Below are positions 21,583-33,401 of a stretch of DNA of 40,066 nt, piece after piece (within the stretch, counting starts at the first letter, position 1; every line of letters starts with the position of its first letter). Origin of the DNA: Eledone cirrhosa (Eukaryota). The notes under the pieces were generated by a model. It saw nothing but the letters and a program-made list of their open reading frames with translations, was not told where the DNA came from and ran no database searches. The stretch spans positions 1 to 40,066 of the forward strand of contig CAXHJY010000348.1 in NCBI GenBank assembly GCA_964016885.1, in the 5' to 3' direction. The position numbers and the translations under genes are program-made.

Positions 21583-21727
21583 TCATCATCATCATTTAAT
21601 GTCCATCTTCCATGCTAGCATGGGTTAGACGGGATTGTCCCACTGGAGGCAAGATTGGTTGGGTGACCTCATCTTGCTCATATAGAACTGTATCTGGCAG
21701 GTTTTCTACGGCTGGATGCCCTTCCTT
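21583..21727 (-). mobile_element. RTE-3'-tail-related repeat fragment
   Basis: (ATC)n-TTTAATGTCC...CTGGATGCCCTTCC. Related fragments lie at ~16265, 25778-26160 (-) and ~21975-22066, 26505-26692, 35505-35582 (+). Confidence 0.65.
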
Positions 21728-22246
21728 ATATATATATATATATATATCCTCATCATCGTTGAACGTCTATCTGCCATGTTAAATGATGATGATGATGATG
21801 ATATATATATATACTTTGGGAAGGTCATGCTACCAATAAAAACAGTATAACAATATGTTTCAACACACATTTTCAGATAAGAAATTTTGCAAAACAAATT
21901 CAAAAACGATATATATATGGTTTTTAGAATAGTTACAGAATATCTTTACAAGTCGTAGGAGGTGACTAGATGGGTTGACATGAAGAAGGGTATTCAACTA
22001 TGAAACTGTCTCAAAACATCTTGTCCAAACCATGCCAGCATGGAAAAGTGAACATAGATATGATGAAGTCAATTATACAAAAGTATATAAAACTGTAATC
22101 CTTTAAGGTTCAGTAATGACCCCACTGACGTCTACACCCTAGTTGACTGTAATTGTAGCACCAATCCTGGTGACAATATTATAATTGTTTGTCTAGGTTT
22201 AATTAGTAGTTGTGTTTTGTCATCAGAAAAAGTCCCCCCTAAAGAG

Positions 22247-23164
22247 ATTAACTACTTAGAAGCCAGGAATAAACACCAAATCAATAGACCGTGGAAGGAG
22301 GTACAGAAATTGGAGTTTTTGAAATGTACTCAATCTGACTGATAGTGAAATATAATGTCTGTATTTCTCTGAGAGAAAGAAAGAAGGAAAGACAAGGAAG
22401 AAAAAGAGATAGAGAGAGACACGGATAAAAAGAAAGAGAGAAACAAACAAAGATAAAAATAGATAGAAAAAAGAAAGAAAGGTAGGAAGAGAGAAGGAGA
22501 AGGAGAGAAAGATAAAGAAAGATAGACAGACAGACAGAAAGAAGATATAGACCAGACATTTGAACTGCATCCAAAAGTTTTTTGTAAGTCACCCAGTTAT
22601 ATCATCATCATCATCATCATTTTACGTCCGCTTTTCCCCGCTTGCAAGGGTGGGACGGCAACTGATTCTGGCTGGATTTCTACAGCTGGATGCCCTTCCT
22701 AACACCAACCTCATTTACAGTGAGTGCTGGGTGCTTTTTTTCCGTGGCGCCTACACGTCCTCTTTACAGTGTGGGCTGGGTACTTTTTTGCTGTGACACC
22801 TCCACGACCACTTGGCAGTGGAATGATAGGGACCCCAGTCTTATCTCATTTCTACAGCTGGAGCAATGTGAAATAAAGTGTCTTGCTCAAGGAAACAACA
22901 CATCACCCGGTCTGAGAATTGAACTCACAACCTTTCGATTGCAAGGCCAATGCTCTAACCACTAAGCCATGTGCCTCCATTAACTACTTAGAAGCCGGGA
23001 ATAAACACCAAATCAATAGACCGTGGAAGGAGGTACAGAAATTGGAGTTTTTGAAATGTACTCTATCTGACTGATAGTGAAATATAATGTCTGTATTTCT
23101 CTGAGAGAAAGAAAGAAAGAAGGAAAGACAAGGAAGAAAAAGAGATAGAGAGAGACATGGATAA
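22247..23164. repeat. Local direct duplication of ~180 bp (22247-22427 and 22979-23164)
   Basis: Near-identical copies differing by a few substitutions and one 4-bp GAAA indel. Confidence 0.93.
22600..22978 (-). mobile_element. Full-length SINE family B (tRNA head, CORE-like body, RTE-derived tail)
   Basis: A-box TGGCTTAGTGG (22959-22969), B-box GAGTTCAATTC (22916-22926), CCTTGAGCAAGACACTT, then AAGGGCATCCAGC...GGACGTAAAATGATGATG tail. Confidence 0.82.
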
Positions 23165-23328
23165 CTATAGTATTTACACCAGTCTACTGACATTAAACAA
23201 AATACAGCAGAGACTCATTTGTTGAAATATTATATAAACATCTACAAAGTAATATGTGAACAGATTACAAAACATATACCAGCAGTGATTGAAGGACCTG
23301 GTCTGGTGAGAAGGGTAAGTGGAAACCC

Positions 23329-23603
23329 CAAAACCCCAAATCCAGGGCCTTCTCACTCTTGTTGGATGACCCTCTTCCACCGCTTCCTATCATTGGCCAT
23401 ATTGAGCCAAGGTATACCTTGGTGTCCCCTCTATCACTCTAATAATCCACCTGTTGTCTCTGAGATGAGAGACATGGCCAGCCTATCTGTGTTTGCCCTT
23501 CTTGATAGTCTTGATTATATCCTTCACTCCAATCTGCTGTTGAATCCAGGTGTTGCTCTTCTTGTTATGTAAGATGATGCCAAGATTTGCTCCATTTTAC
23601 GTT
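23329..23603 (-). mobile_element. 5'-truncated RTE-clade LINE insertion with 16-bp target-site duplication
   Basis: Hand translation (-): QRKME..LGIILHNKKSNTWIQQQIGVKDIIKTIKKGKHR*AGHVSHLRDNRW...WLNMANDRKRWK. Flanks GGGTAAGTGGAAACCC (23313-23328) / GGGCAAGTGGAAACCC (23604-23619). Confidence 0.8.
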
Positions 23604-23879
23604 GGGCAAGTGGAAACCCAGCAGCACAAAAACAAGAGCTGTTAAAAGGGCAGATAAACTTCTCAGAGTCAACGGCTATCCAACCCAACTATGGGTTAAA
23701 TAGCCTCACCAACTCACAATTGGCCAAGGAGGCGTGTGTGGCTCATGACCAAAAGCAAGCAAAAAGCAGTGAAGGTCAACCAGGGAGGGGTTCTTTTATA
23801 AGGACTGTGAAGGGATTGGATTGGATATATACACGTATATATCAACATTCGATTGACAAGATCCCAGACCTCATTTGTT

Positions 23880-24004
23880 CCAGGCAGAAGGAGCAATGTG
23901 AAGTAAAGTGTCTTGCTCAAGGACACAATGCATCACCTGATCTGGGAATCAAACTCACAACCTCACATTTGTGAATCCAATTCTCTAACCACTCAGGCAT
24001 GCAC
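23880..24004 (-). mobile_element. SINE family B head fragment
   Basis: GGAGCAATGTGAAGTAAAGTGTCTTGCTCAAGG...CTAACCACTCAGGCATGCACC, as at 22860-22978. Confidence 0.75.
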
Positions 24005-24006
24005 CA

Positions 24007-24050
<44 letters not shown>

Positions 24051-24514
24051 TTCACACACACCTCTCCAAGACAATGTCACTGGACCGAGAGCTTTGGCGC
24101 TACACAGTAATAGAGAAGACCCGCCTTACCTAAGTACAACGTGAAACCTACTACAGTCAGTAGGCACCTCTAACAAAATACACCCCCGTCCCACTACCCC
24201 CACCCCATCCACACCACCCCTTTCAATGTAAAGTTATGTTGGTGTCACAACATCCAGCCCGAAACAAATGAGGTCGTGTAGGTGTCACGACAAAAAAACA
24301 CACAGTCCACGCTGTAATGTGGCCGTGTAGGTAACACGGTAAAAACCTCCCAGTGCCACACTGTAAATGTGGTTGGTGTTAGGAAGGGCATCCAGCCGTA
24401 GAAAACCCGCCAGACAGTCCTATGCGAGCAAGACAACCACTCTTGCCTCAAGTGGGAAAACTCCCGTTCAAACCCATGCAAGCGTGGAACACGGACGTTA
24501 AACGTTGATGATGA
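24051..24514 (+). mobile_element. RTE-like LINE extreme 3' end (last codons, 3' UTR, (GAT)n tail)
   Basis: MSLDRELWRYTVIEKTRLT* (DR..WR motif), then a UTR with GAAGGGCATCCAGCCGTAGAAA and a GGACGTTAAACGTTGATGATGAT tail. Confidence 0.7.
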
Positions 24515-24912
24515 TATATATATATATATAGCCCTACTATGGGTTAAATAGCCTTACCAACCCACAATTGGTCAAGCATGGTGTGTACAGCTACACCCCT
24601 GAAGATATGACCAACACAAAGCAGTGGAGGTCAACCAGAGAGGGTTCCTCCAACAGAAGTGAGAAAGCCCTGGATTAGAACTAGGAATTAAATTTCCTGT
24701 TTCTGTTTGATTAAATCAGATCAAATACTCTTACTTAATTAACTAATCCAATAAGCGTTGATAGTTTGAATCTGATTGCGAAATTGAAGATAAGGTAGGG
24801 ATACTATCCAGAAATGCCCAACTTGAAGTGAAAGTAAAATCTGGTGAAATAACATTCACGAATGTCAATTGACAGACTGAAATTTTACAAGGGTATATAT
24901 ATGTATATATAC

Positions 24913-24949
<37 letters not shown>

Positions 24950-24953
<4 letters not shown>

Positions 24954-25290
24954 ATCATCATCATCATTTTACGTCCACTTTTCCCTGCTTGCAAGGGTGG
25001 GACGGGAACTGATTCTGGCTTGATTTCTACAGCTGGATGCCCTTCCTAACACCAACCTCATTTACAGTGAGTGCTGGGTCCTTTTTTGCCGTGGCACCTC
25101 CACGACCACTTTGCATTGGAATGATAGGGACCCCAGTCCTATCATCTCATTTCTACAGCTGAATAAACGGGACCAATGTGAAATAAAGTGTCTTGTTCAA
25201 GGAAACAACACATCACCCGGTCTGAGAATTGAACTCGCAACCTTTCGATTGCAAGGCCAATGCTCTAACCACGACGCCATGTGCTTCCAT
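24950..25290 (-). mobile_element. Full-length SINE family B, second copy
   Basis: Colinear and highly similar to 22600-22978. Confidence 0.82.
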
Positions 25291-25529
25291 CATATATATA
25301 TATATTACATACATATACATATATATCAACGCTTACGTGGACCACTCAAAATTCGTTGGATTTTCTAATTGGATTTTCACCCCGAAACTGGATACTAACC
25401 CGGAGTACACCTGAACTTCCACTAGGAAATCTTTCATATCATTGAAATTTTCTTTGCTTCTTGCATTTAAATATTCCATGACTACCGCTTTTCCTCTACT
25501 ACAATCTTCTTACACCACCTTCTTCTCAC

Positions 25530-25703
25530 CCAATTCCAACCCGCCCGTCCCCTCAATCTATCTTATTTCTTATTCTTTCTTCTGATGAAGTACTAGCGTC
25601 CGAAACGTTAAGACCCTTTTCCTGCTATATCAAGCGTTAACCTAATATATCCCTTCCACATACTGTATCGATTGTGTTGTTATTTCTGTTTACCTTTTAC
25701 ATA
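25530..25703 (+). mobile_element. Penelope-like terminal repeat fragment, copy 1
   Basis: About 10 differences in ~172 bp versus 30236-30409. Contains a hammerhead core and ends at a TA run. Confidence 0.6.
25578..25613 (+). ncRNA. Minimal type I hammerhead ribozyme motif (Penelope-type)
   Basis: TCTT-CTGATGA-A-GTAC tagc GTCC-GAAA-CGTT-AAGA. Core boxes are intact, stem I is TCTT/AAGA, stem II has one mismatch, and stem III is the palindrome AACGTT. Confidence 0.65.
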
Positions 25704-26974
25704 TATATATAAGTATGTGTGCACGCATGTGTGTGTATGTATATACACATATATTTGTACACACATATACATCTATATCATCATCATTTAACATCCTCTT
25801 TCCCTGCTAGCAAGGGTTGGATGAGTCTTCACAGACCGAGTCTGTACTGAAGTGGAGTTACTGACCTCCCAGACATGTTGGTTTCGTGTTCTGTTCATTC
25901 TATAATTGGCACCAGCATTAGAGAGGTTTGTCCTGTCTTTGACACAACAAGAGAGTCCTCCTAACCTTTTGTTTGGGAAGTTTTCTATGACTGGATGCCC
26001 TTCTTATCATCAATTACTCTACAGCATGTAGATCACCAACACTAGTGAGGTTGTCATGTCCTTGACATAACAAGAGGGTTCGCACAATCCTTTGTTTGGC
26101 AAGTTTTCTACAGCAGGGTGCCCTTCCGGTCACCAACCACCTTACAGAGTGTACAGGGTGTGATAATGAAGATGCCTATTGGTTTTAGGGAGTGGGTGGG
26201 CGAGTAGCTATGGAGTGGTACTGGAGAGGTCATGAGTGAGTGGAGTGCAGTGGTGGTGTAGATAGCTGGTCGGAGGTGCTAGTGGAAGAGAGGATGGATG
26301 GATATGTGTATATATATATTTTTTTTCTCCCCAAACTACCAAAACACATTTATTTGTATATGCGTTACAATTTATCTATGTCTTATGTTTATCGCAAATC
26401 AAAGTTTTTCCATAACTTGGTTGATATTTGATAATAATAGCTAAACTAATCACTACAGCTAAATTGACCAAATCCCCCCCCCCCATTCAGAAATGCTTCC
26501 ACCGCCCCACCCAGTACTCACTGTAAATGAGGTTGGTGTTAGGAAGGGCATCCAGCTGTAGAAATCAAGCCCAAATCAGTTCCCGTATGAGCAAAACAAG
26601 GCCACCTGACCTGGCACTGCCCACAACAGGACAACCCGTCTAACCCATGCTAGCGTGGAAGAATGGACGTAAAACGATGGTGATGATGATGATATATATA
26701 TGGCTGTTAATTGCTTTAACATGAACGTAAAGCAAACGTAACCAACATAAACCTACACCCGACCCATACGATACAAGGAAAATAAAAAAGTTTTACAAGT
26801 CCTACAATGTTATCCACGAACACAAATGTAATAACAGCCGATCGCACTAAGGAACTTATGTCAACGGGAGACTTAGTTGACAAGGTATCAATATATGACA
26901 CATATATACAAGACCGTCAGTTGCCTTACTTAAACGTAAATATACACAGAACCAAAGCTGTCCACCAACTCTCT

Positions 26975-27008
<34 letters not shown>

Positions 27009-27563
27009 ATCAGAAACAGATAATAAAGGATAATAAAGTCCAAATGCATCATAGACATCTCCCTTTCTCTCTCTGTATATATATATTGCCCCAGAAACTG
27101 TGTTTATATTATTAGCTGTAAACATTACATAAACAGGTTGTTATTAGCAGCTGCGTAAAAAATGCTACCAACCAATATCAAAATACTGCAAGCTGGTGGA
27201 ATGTGTGTAGGTATCTGGCACAAACCCAAATAGATGTGAATCGAATGACATTAAGATTGGAAAGAGCTAGTTCGTAATTACACAACAAAAAGAAGAAAAA
27301 AAAACTATCTTATAAGTTTATACGTACTTCTTTCTCTCTAATAAACACTGTGTGATAATTTCCGCGAATAACAGTTTACGAATCTCCCTAAAGAGTCTGT
27401 ACCACGGTAGAGATATTTTAGAGGTGTCCTGGAATATTATAGATAAGATATTTTGGGTTTCTACAGTTAGACAGTTGTTTACATGACCTCTTTATAGCAG
27501 AAGGCATGGAGTGTCACGAAAGTGAAAGAAGCGCGCGCGCGCACACACACACATACACACACA

Positions 27564-29294
27564 GTTATATTTGGGGATGGCCATGTCGCCAATATTACCA
27601 ATAAAAAGAAACACGTGCACCATAGGATTTTCAGTATATCTTTGTTACTAGTTATTCGTGCTCCCTCTTTTTTCTGGTCTTAATCTGCTATTCCATCATA
27701 TAGTCATTGAGGAGGTCACAGAATGTGGGACTAAAGAACTTTGACAAACTAATGAATAACTAATAATATATACAGTACAAATTCTTCGGTAACACTATAA
27801 AGGATGATACAATGAAAGATATATTCCTTCAATGTTACAATATTAAAGAAAATGTAAAGGAAGGGGTGAACAACGGAGCCAACATCAGAGCAAAAGACAG
27901 CAACCTCTCTAATGATTTTTTAGGCAAGCCAGCACACTCATATCGTTGCCTCTGGTGATGGCGAGGCTGATGCGCTGAAACAGCCAAGCACCCTCGCGAG
28001 ATTCGCCAGTCACCTCTATTAGGCGAGCCGCCAGTGAGGAAAGGAACCTCGCAGTCAGCGGCCCGACTCCCCCAAACGTCTCGAAAGTCACAGGCTGAAA
28101 AATGTAGCTGGCCGACAGATCAGAGTATTTGAGGGTCTTACTCCGCTCGGCTGCAGAAGCTGTGGCTCTCGTCCTAACCGCAGCATCCAGGATGTGGGAA
28201 AGAGCAAAAGAGTCACAAACAGTGACGTCCAAGACAAGGCACCTGCCTCTCGACCAGGGGCACAGGCTAAGACCGTCAGGTCTTTTTCCGTCACTTCTGC
28301 ACCACCCAGATGGTTCCAAGACTGAGGGGATATTCGCCCGGGCCAAAGCTCTCTTCAAAATGAGGTTTAGCTCCGTGTGACGCGCGAAGCGGCCGGCATT
28401 CAGGCGGCAAGAAAGACCGTGGAGGCCTGTAGAGTCGAGGAGTTTGCCGCATCGGCACCTCAAACCCATGCAGACGTCAGCTCCCACTCTGAGGGCGATG
28501 GAGACACGAAGTTCGTCCAGACTGAGTAGGCCACCAACGTTGGCCACGGGTAGGGCATCGACCCAGTCGCCTGAGTATTTGGCGCTGGCAGAGAGTAAGC
28601 GGCACCTTGCAAACTGATCTGACTGGACGAAGAGGGAGTCGAAGGTGGCCTTCGAATTTATGCTGTCCCAAGCTCTCTGACTTCGACTGTCCTCCACCTT
28701 CTCAGGAAGAGACAAACCCAACACACTCCATGCTGGAGAGCTTCACCCAACTCCCTGTTGGAACTAGTCCATGTTGGAGAGGAGAGGATGCTGCTCAGCA
28801 GGGTGGAGCAAGCGTGGGTGGAGGAAAGGAAGCAGGAGAGAGAGAGGGACGAACACTTACGAAGACCAAGACCCCCAAATCGCTTGGGCAACGTAGCCTG
28901 ATCGCGGGACTCTGGAGAGAATCTAACATTGACCAGACACTCGAGTCTCTCGAAGATTAGGTCGTCGAAGCGTTGGAGGCAGGACGGAAATCTGTGAGAG
29001 GGGCTGACCCTGAGCAGATACAGAAGCTTAGGAATAGACATGTAGTTCCTGAGTATGAAGAAACCTTGATGGGGTTCGATAACTTCGATATTCCTCAGCA
29101 GCTGCTCAAGGCCAACCATCTTCGATTGGAAGGTTGACTCGAAGGCCAGGTCTGTGATTGGGGCTCCTAAGGAGCACCAAGCTGACGGGGGAGGGACCGC
29201 GATGGAATTAATAATAAGAATAAAGTGAAAATCATATGGTGCGTGTGTTTCTTTTTATTGGCAATACTGGCCACATGACCATCCCAAATATGAC
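27564..29294. repeat. ~70-bp inverted repeat pair (27564-27633 and 29225-29294)
   Basis: GTTATATTTGGGGATGGCCATGTCGCCAATATTACCAATAAAAAGAAACACGTGCACCATAGGATTTTCA versus reverse complement GTCATATTTGGGATGGTCATGTGGCCAGTATTGCCAATAAAAAGAAACACACGCACCATATGATTTTCA. Confidence 0.85.
27770..29207 (-). mobile_element. 5'-truncated CRE-clade non-LTR retrotransposon (RT thumb, zinc knuckle, REL endonuclease)
   Basis: LGAPI, LLYLLRVSP, QATLPKRFGGLGLR, CRCGKLLDSTGLHGLSC, RHTELN, DGKRPDG, LDVTV, AERSKTLKY, FQPVTFETFG, FQRISLAITRGN; stop at 27909. One apparent 1-bp deletion near 28735. The 3' UTR limit is approximate. Confidence 0.87.
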
Positions 29295-29459
29295 AATATC
29301 CGTTTAAACACACGATTTCACATCAAGAATCTTGCAAAACAAATGCATAAACATAATATATATATATACAATATATTAAATGGAAACTATATTTATTTCA
29401 TTATACATATTTCAAGGGCCACCAGAGCAAACTATGGTGCGCTTTCATCAGATAAAATA

Positions 29460-29634
29460 TAATTGTTTCTACTTTTGGCACAAGGCCAGCAATTACCCAG
29501 TGTATTACTGGTACTTTATTTTATCGACCCCGTAAGGATGAAAGGCAAAGTTAACCTTGGCGGGATTTGAACTCAGAATGGCAAGGGCGTCTAAGCGTCA
29601 AAGCATGGCGTCTGACCCTCTACCGATACTGCCA
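29460..29634 (-). mobile_element. SINE family A copy
   Basis: A-box, B-box and central domain as at 19259-19460. Confidence 0.85.
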
Positions 29635-29776
29635 AAATATAGGTTAGTTTTATAAATAAATAAATATTGACATACCCTTAAAAAATGCAACCATTCTGGT
29701 TGGAATCTCCTGGATATATATAGTAGTAATAATAAATGCAAAGAGTAAAACCCAGAGAGGACTTGATAAGGGTTGT

Positions 29777-29807
<31 letters not shown>

Positions 29808-30235
29808 CACACACACACACACGCAATTTTATTCATAGTTGTAATGTTAATACATTACAGATAATTTATAATTCTTACAGAATGAAGATATCAACACAAA
29901 TATAAACACATCATAAATACAATTAATTATTGTTTCTACTTTTGGCACAATTATTGCAAGAAACCTCACAATTATAATGTACAAAAATATATGATCAAAG
30001 CGAGTGAGAAAAAAAAAACCCGTAGAGCAAATATTTATTATTAGCCAAGATTAAAGGTTGAAGCAAACAATTTCTGGTTTCACCCTTGTGGGTATGGTGT
30101 GGTGTGCGGTGGCCGGAGGCTCACAACCCTAAAGTGGGATTTTCTAATATATATATATATAAAATCATACACAAAACGGTTTTGCAAGAGATGTCAACAT
30201 GAATGAACCTGTTATTTTTATCTAAAGACATTTTT

Positions 30236-30409
30236 CCAATTCCAACCCGCCCGTCCCCTCAATCTATTTTATTTCTCATTCTTTCTTCTTATGAAGGACT
30301 AGAGTCGGAAACGTTAAGACCCTCTTCCTGCTATATCAAGCGTTAACCTAATATATCCCTTCCATATACTGTACCGATTGCGTTGTTATTTCTGTTTACC
30401 TTTTACATA
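30236..30409 (+). mobile_element. Penelope-like terminal repeat fragment, copy 2, with degenerate hammerhead (30284-30319)
   Basis: TCTT-CTTATGA-A-GGAC taga GTCG-GAAA-CGTT-AAGA. The CUGA box is mutated. Confidence 0.55.
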
Positions 30410-31488
30410 CATACATGCATGCATACATATATATATCAGGATGAAACCAGTATTAAACTAAGACCATTATTCAACAGAGTAATCGATACTTGCGATAGTA
30501 GAGTGTGACTATATTAAAAAAGAGACAGGGCCCAACTGCTGAGCTCTTCTTGTTTCGACAACTAATTCCATCCGTATATAGTGAAAGCAGAAATTTTTGG
30601 CTTCAATTTTAATCTGTATTTGATGGCTGCAGCCTGATGTTATCCGTCGTCCCCATGCCAGTAAATGTAGAAGTTTAGGACATAGTTCAGAAGGTCGAAT
30701 GTGATTTACTTTCCTTATGCGGTAAGGGTCATTGTGTGAGGATGTATGGGGGTTTACGTGTTTGATTTCTTAGACAGCTTTGGTTTGTTCTAGATGTATT
30801 TACGTTTAAGTTTGGGCAACTGACTTTTTCTATTTACACACATACACACACACGCGCGCGCGCGTATACATCGTATAAAGAAAAGACATTCCAGTCGTGA
30901 TTATGTCGTCTTTTATTCAGCTGCAGTGAATCTAGAATTGTGTTGGTCAATCTGTCCTTCGTGGCGGTAGTCATGATTTGAAGATTTGGCCGTCAATTCT
31001 AGCAGGTTGAATGGATTTCTCATTAGTTTCGGTGTACATGAATGTTGCACAGCTTGTAATTTGTCATAGGATCACGATAGATAGATTCATTTTCATGTAA
31101 CGTGTCGAACACACATCAGCTTGAAAAAGCTCATTTCTCTTTATAAACTAATAAAGGAAACCGTTCATTCACGGAATGAGCGAAATGGCCCAACTGGGAA
31201 TGGGCCGGTGACAACAACCCCGCAAAATAAAATAAAAATAACAATTTGAATATGATCGGAAGTTAGATAGCTCATTTATATTTTTCATACAAATTTCATT
31301 TGAAAAATTTCCATCTCGCGTGTATTTTGAATTAATTGAAGATTTGCAATGTTATCATTATTAGCGAAAATGTTCAGTTTAGTTTTTAATTTATTTACTG
31401 TGTGGGTATTTTTGTCCGTATTCCATGGGGAATGGAGCCTCCAACATCGCTTATTGTTAGCTTTCCCGACCACTGCAAAGCTCAGATA

Positions 31489-31703
31489 TAGGATGAGTCA
31501 TAAGTAACCGAAAAGTTAATGCATTTTTATTGTAAGGTTCACAATGTATTGAGGAACGGGGTCAGCCTTTTGAACATTTACTTTAATTACACATTTTAAA
31601 CTACTTTTGTTTGATATATTTATAATTTCGTACTGAATTTTAGTAAATAATATCCTCTTGAATTATAAATGTTGGATTACCCGCTTATTTATGACTCAAT
31701 CTG
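31489..31703 (+). mobile_element. Tc1/mariner-superfamily internal-deletion derivative (MITE)
   Basis: TIRs TAGGATGAGTCATAAGTAACCG / CAGATTGAGTCATAAATAAGCG (17/22). Retains a transposase-like C-terminus CIEERGQPFEHLL* at 31545-31586. Confidence 0.72.
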
Positions 31704-32284
31704 AATATAAGAAAAATAAGCTCTTATTTTAAGTTTCTGAACCAGACACACGTTTTAATAGTCAGTTGGATGGGTGAGCGCATTTCTGACGTACCAGCGT
31801 AAGTTATATCAAGAAGTTGGCTCCGGTTTATATGATTACATAACTAGTTTTGTTATATTAGTCGGAGAAATTTATGGATCAACATTACGTTAATTTGAAA
31901 ATATTCAGCAAGAAAACACAACAAACCCCACATGTAACCGCCACCAACATCAGAAGTAAGCTGCGGTGCACCCAGTCCTCAAACCGGTTTTTATTACAGG
32001 TTGAATTCATCTAACCGTTGTTGCTTTTCGGGTTATACGGCGCACCCTTATTTTGAAGAAAAAAGGTTCGGGGAAAAGGTTGTATTAGTATTTAAAAGAT
32101 TTTCACTAAACAAAAATTAAACCGGACTTTTTAAAAAATGTGCAGATTTGCACACGCAAAGAGTTCAAAGGAATACTTTCATCTACGTCTATTACCTTGA
32201 GGTTTTTGCAGTTGTATAAATTGTTTATCCACAAACTTTCAATAGAATATATATAAAAAAAAGGTACATCCATAGCGGATAGCA

Positions 32285-32465
32285 TGTGTTGTTATATTAA
32301 CCCTAGGTCAGCCATGAACGGGAGGCAAACTTCAGTTCAAAGTCGTTCCAGCCGTGATCCCTCAACATTATTAGGAGTATTTAGGCGTTTTTTCATTTTT
32401 TTTTTCAAGATGATTTGAGAGAGGTTTAGCTTTTATTTACAGCAGGTCAAGCGACCACGTTAACT
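32285..32465. repeat. Unclassified dispersed repeat (family C)
   Basis: Shares TTCCAGCCGTGA and TTGGCTGCTATTTCTAGCAGG-like blocks with ~30880-31020, ~34710-34795, ~34890-35070 and, inverted, ~14440-14530. Confidence 0.5.
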
Positions 32466-32512
32466 CAATTCGGTGTCGCTCTGAATATGTCATTAATTCT
32501 CACTGGGTCTAT

Positions 32513-32696
32513 GACAAAATACCCTCCGGACAAAGACTCGACTAGACAAAGTCACCACTGGACAAAGACCCAACTAGAAAGAATCCCCATCGGACAAAGA
32601 CCCACCCAGACAAAAGCCTATCGGATAAAATCCCCACCCTGACAAAGACCCACCCAGACAACGTCCCCACCGGACAAAGACCCCCCAACAGACAAA
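32513..32696. repeat. ~11 x 16-bp degenerate tandem repeat
   Basis: Unit ~GACAAAGACCCACC(C/A)(G/A), 15-18 bp long. Confidence 0.88.
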
Positions 32697-33353
32697 AAAA
32701 ACAACGAAAAAAAACACGTAGTAAAAAATAAAACAGATTTTGTCTTTTTGTTTAACTTGATGTTGAAGCTTATACAGTTTTAGTATATTCTTTATCAGGT
32801 AAACTACATTTCATAATATTGGCTATTAAAAACAATAGATTTTATTTTACCTTTACTTATATTTTGTACGTACTATGTGATGTTTATGTCCCCCCCCCCC
32901 CCACATATATACACGGGTACACGCACATCGATATCACACTTATATTGAAAAGTTATATACAAGTCCAAACTACATGTATCTATATATTAAAAGGAGAAAC
33001 AGTTTATAACGATAATAAAAAACTCTGAAAGTTGAGAGAATAATATATATAAAGATTTCTTTTTTATTTGTAATGAACAATAATTGGTTTTGTTAACTGG
33101 ACGAAAGACAAAACATGAGCCAATACAAACAGGTAGAATGTTGTCAACTGAAAATAACAAAATCAATTATACACACCTGTATATCTTAGCAAGTTACACA
33201 CATACACACCCATTTAGTGTGTTCGTATACATACTTATATGCATACTAACGTGTATACTTGTATATTAAATTATTGTTGTGTAACATACATACATTGATA
33301 ATAAGGCGCAATAACACTCAAACACTAACTCATATGATGTTCTACACACACAC

Positions 33354-33401
<48 letters not shown>

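Noticed and set aside
23313-23320. Splice donor GG|GTAAGT
   Set aside because: Lies in one copy of the RTE target-site duplication, and no credible exon precedes it.
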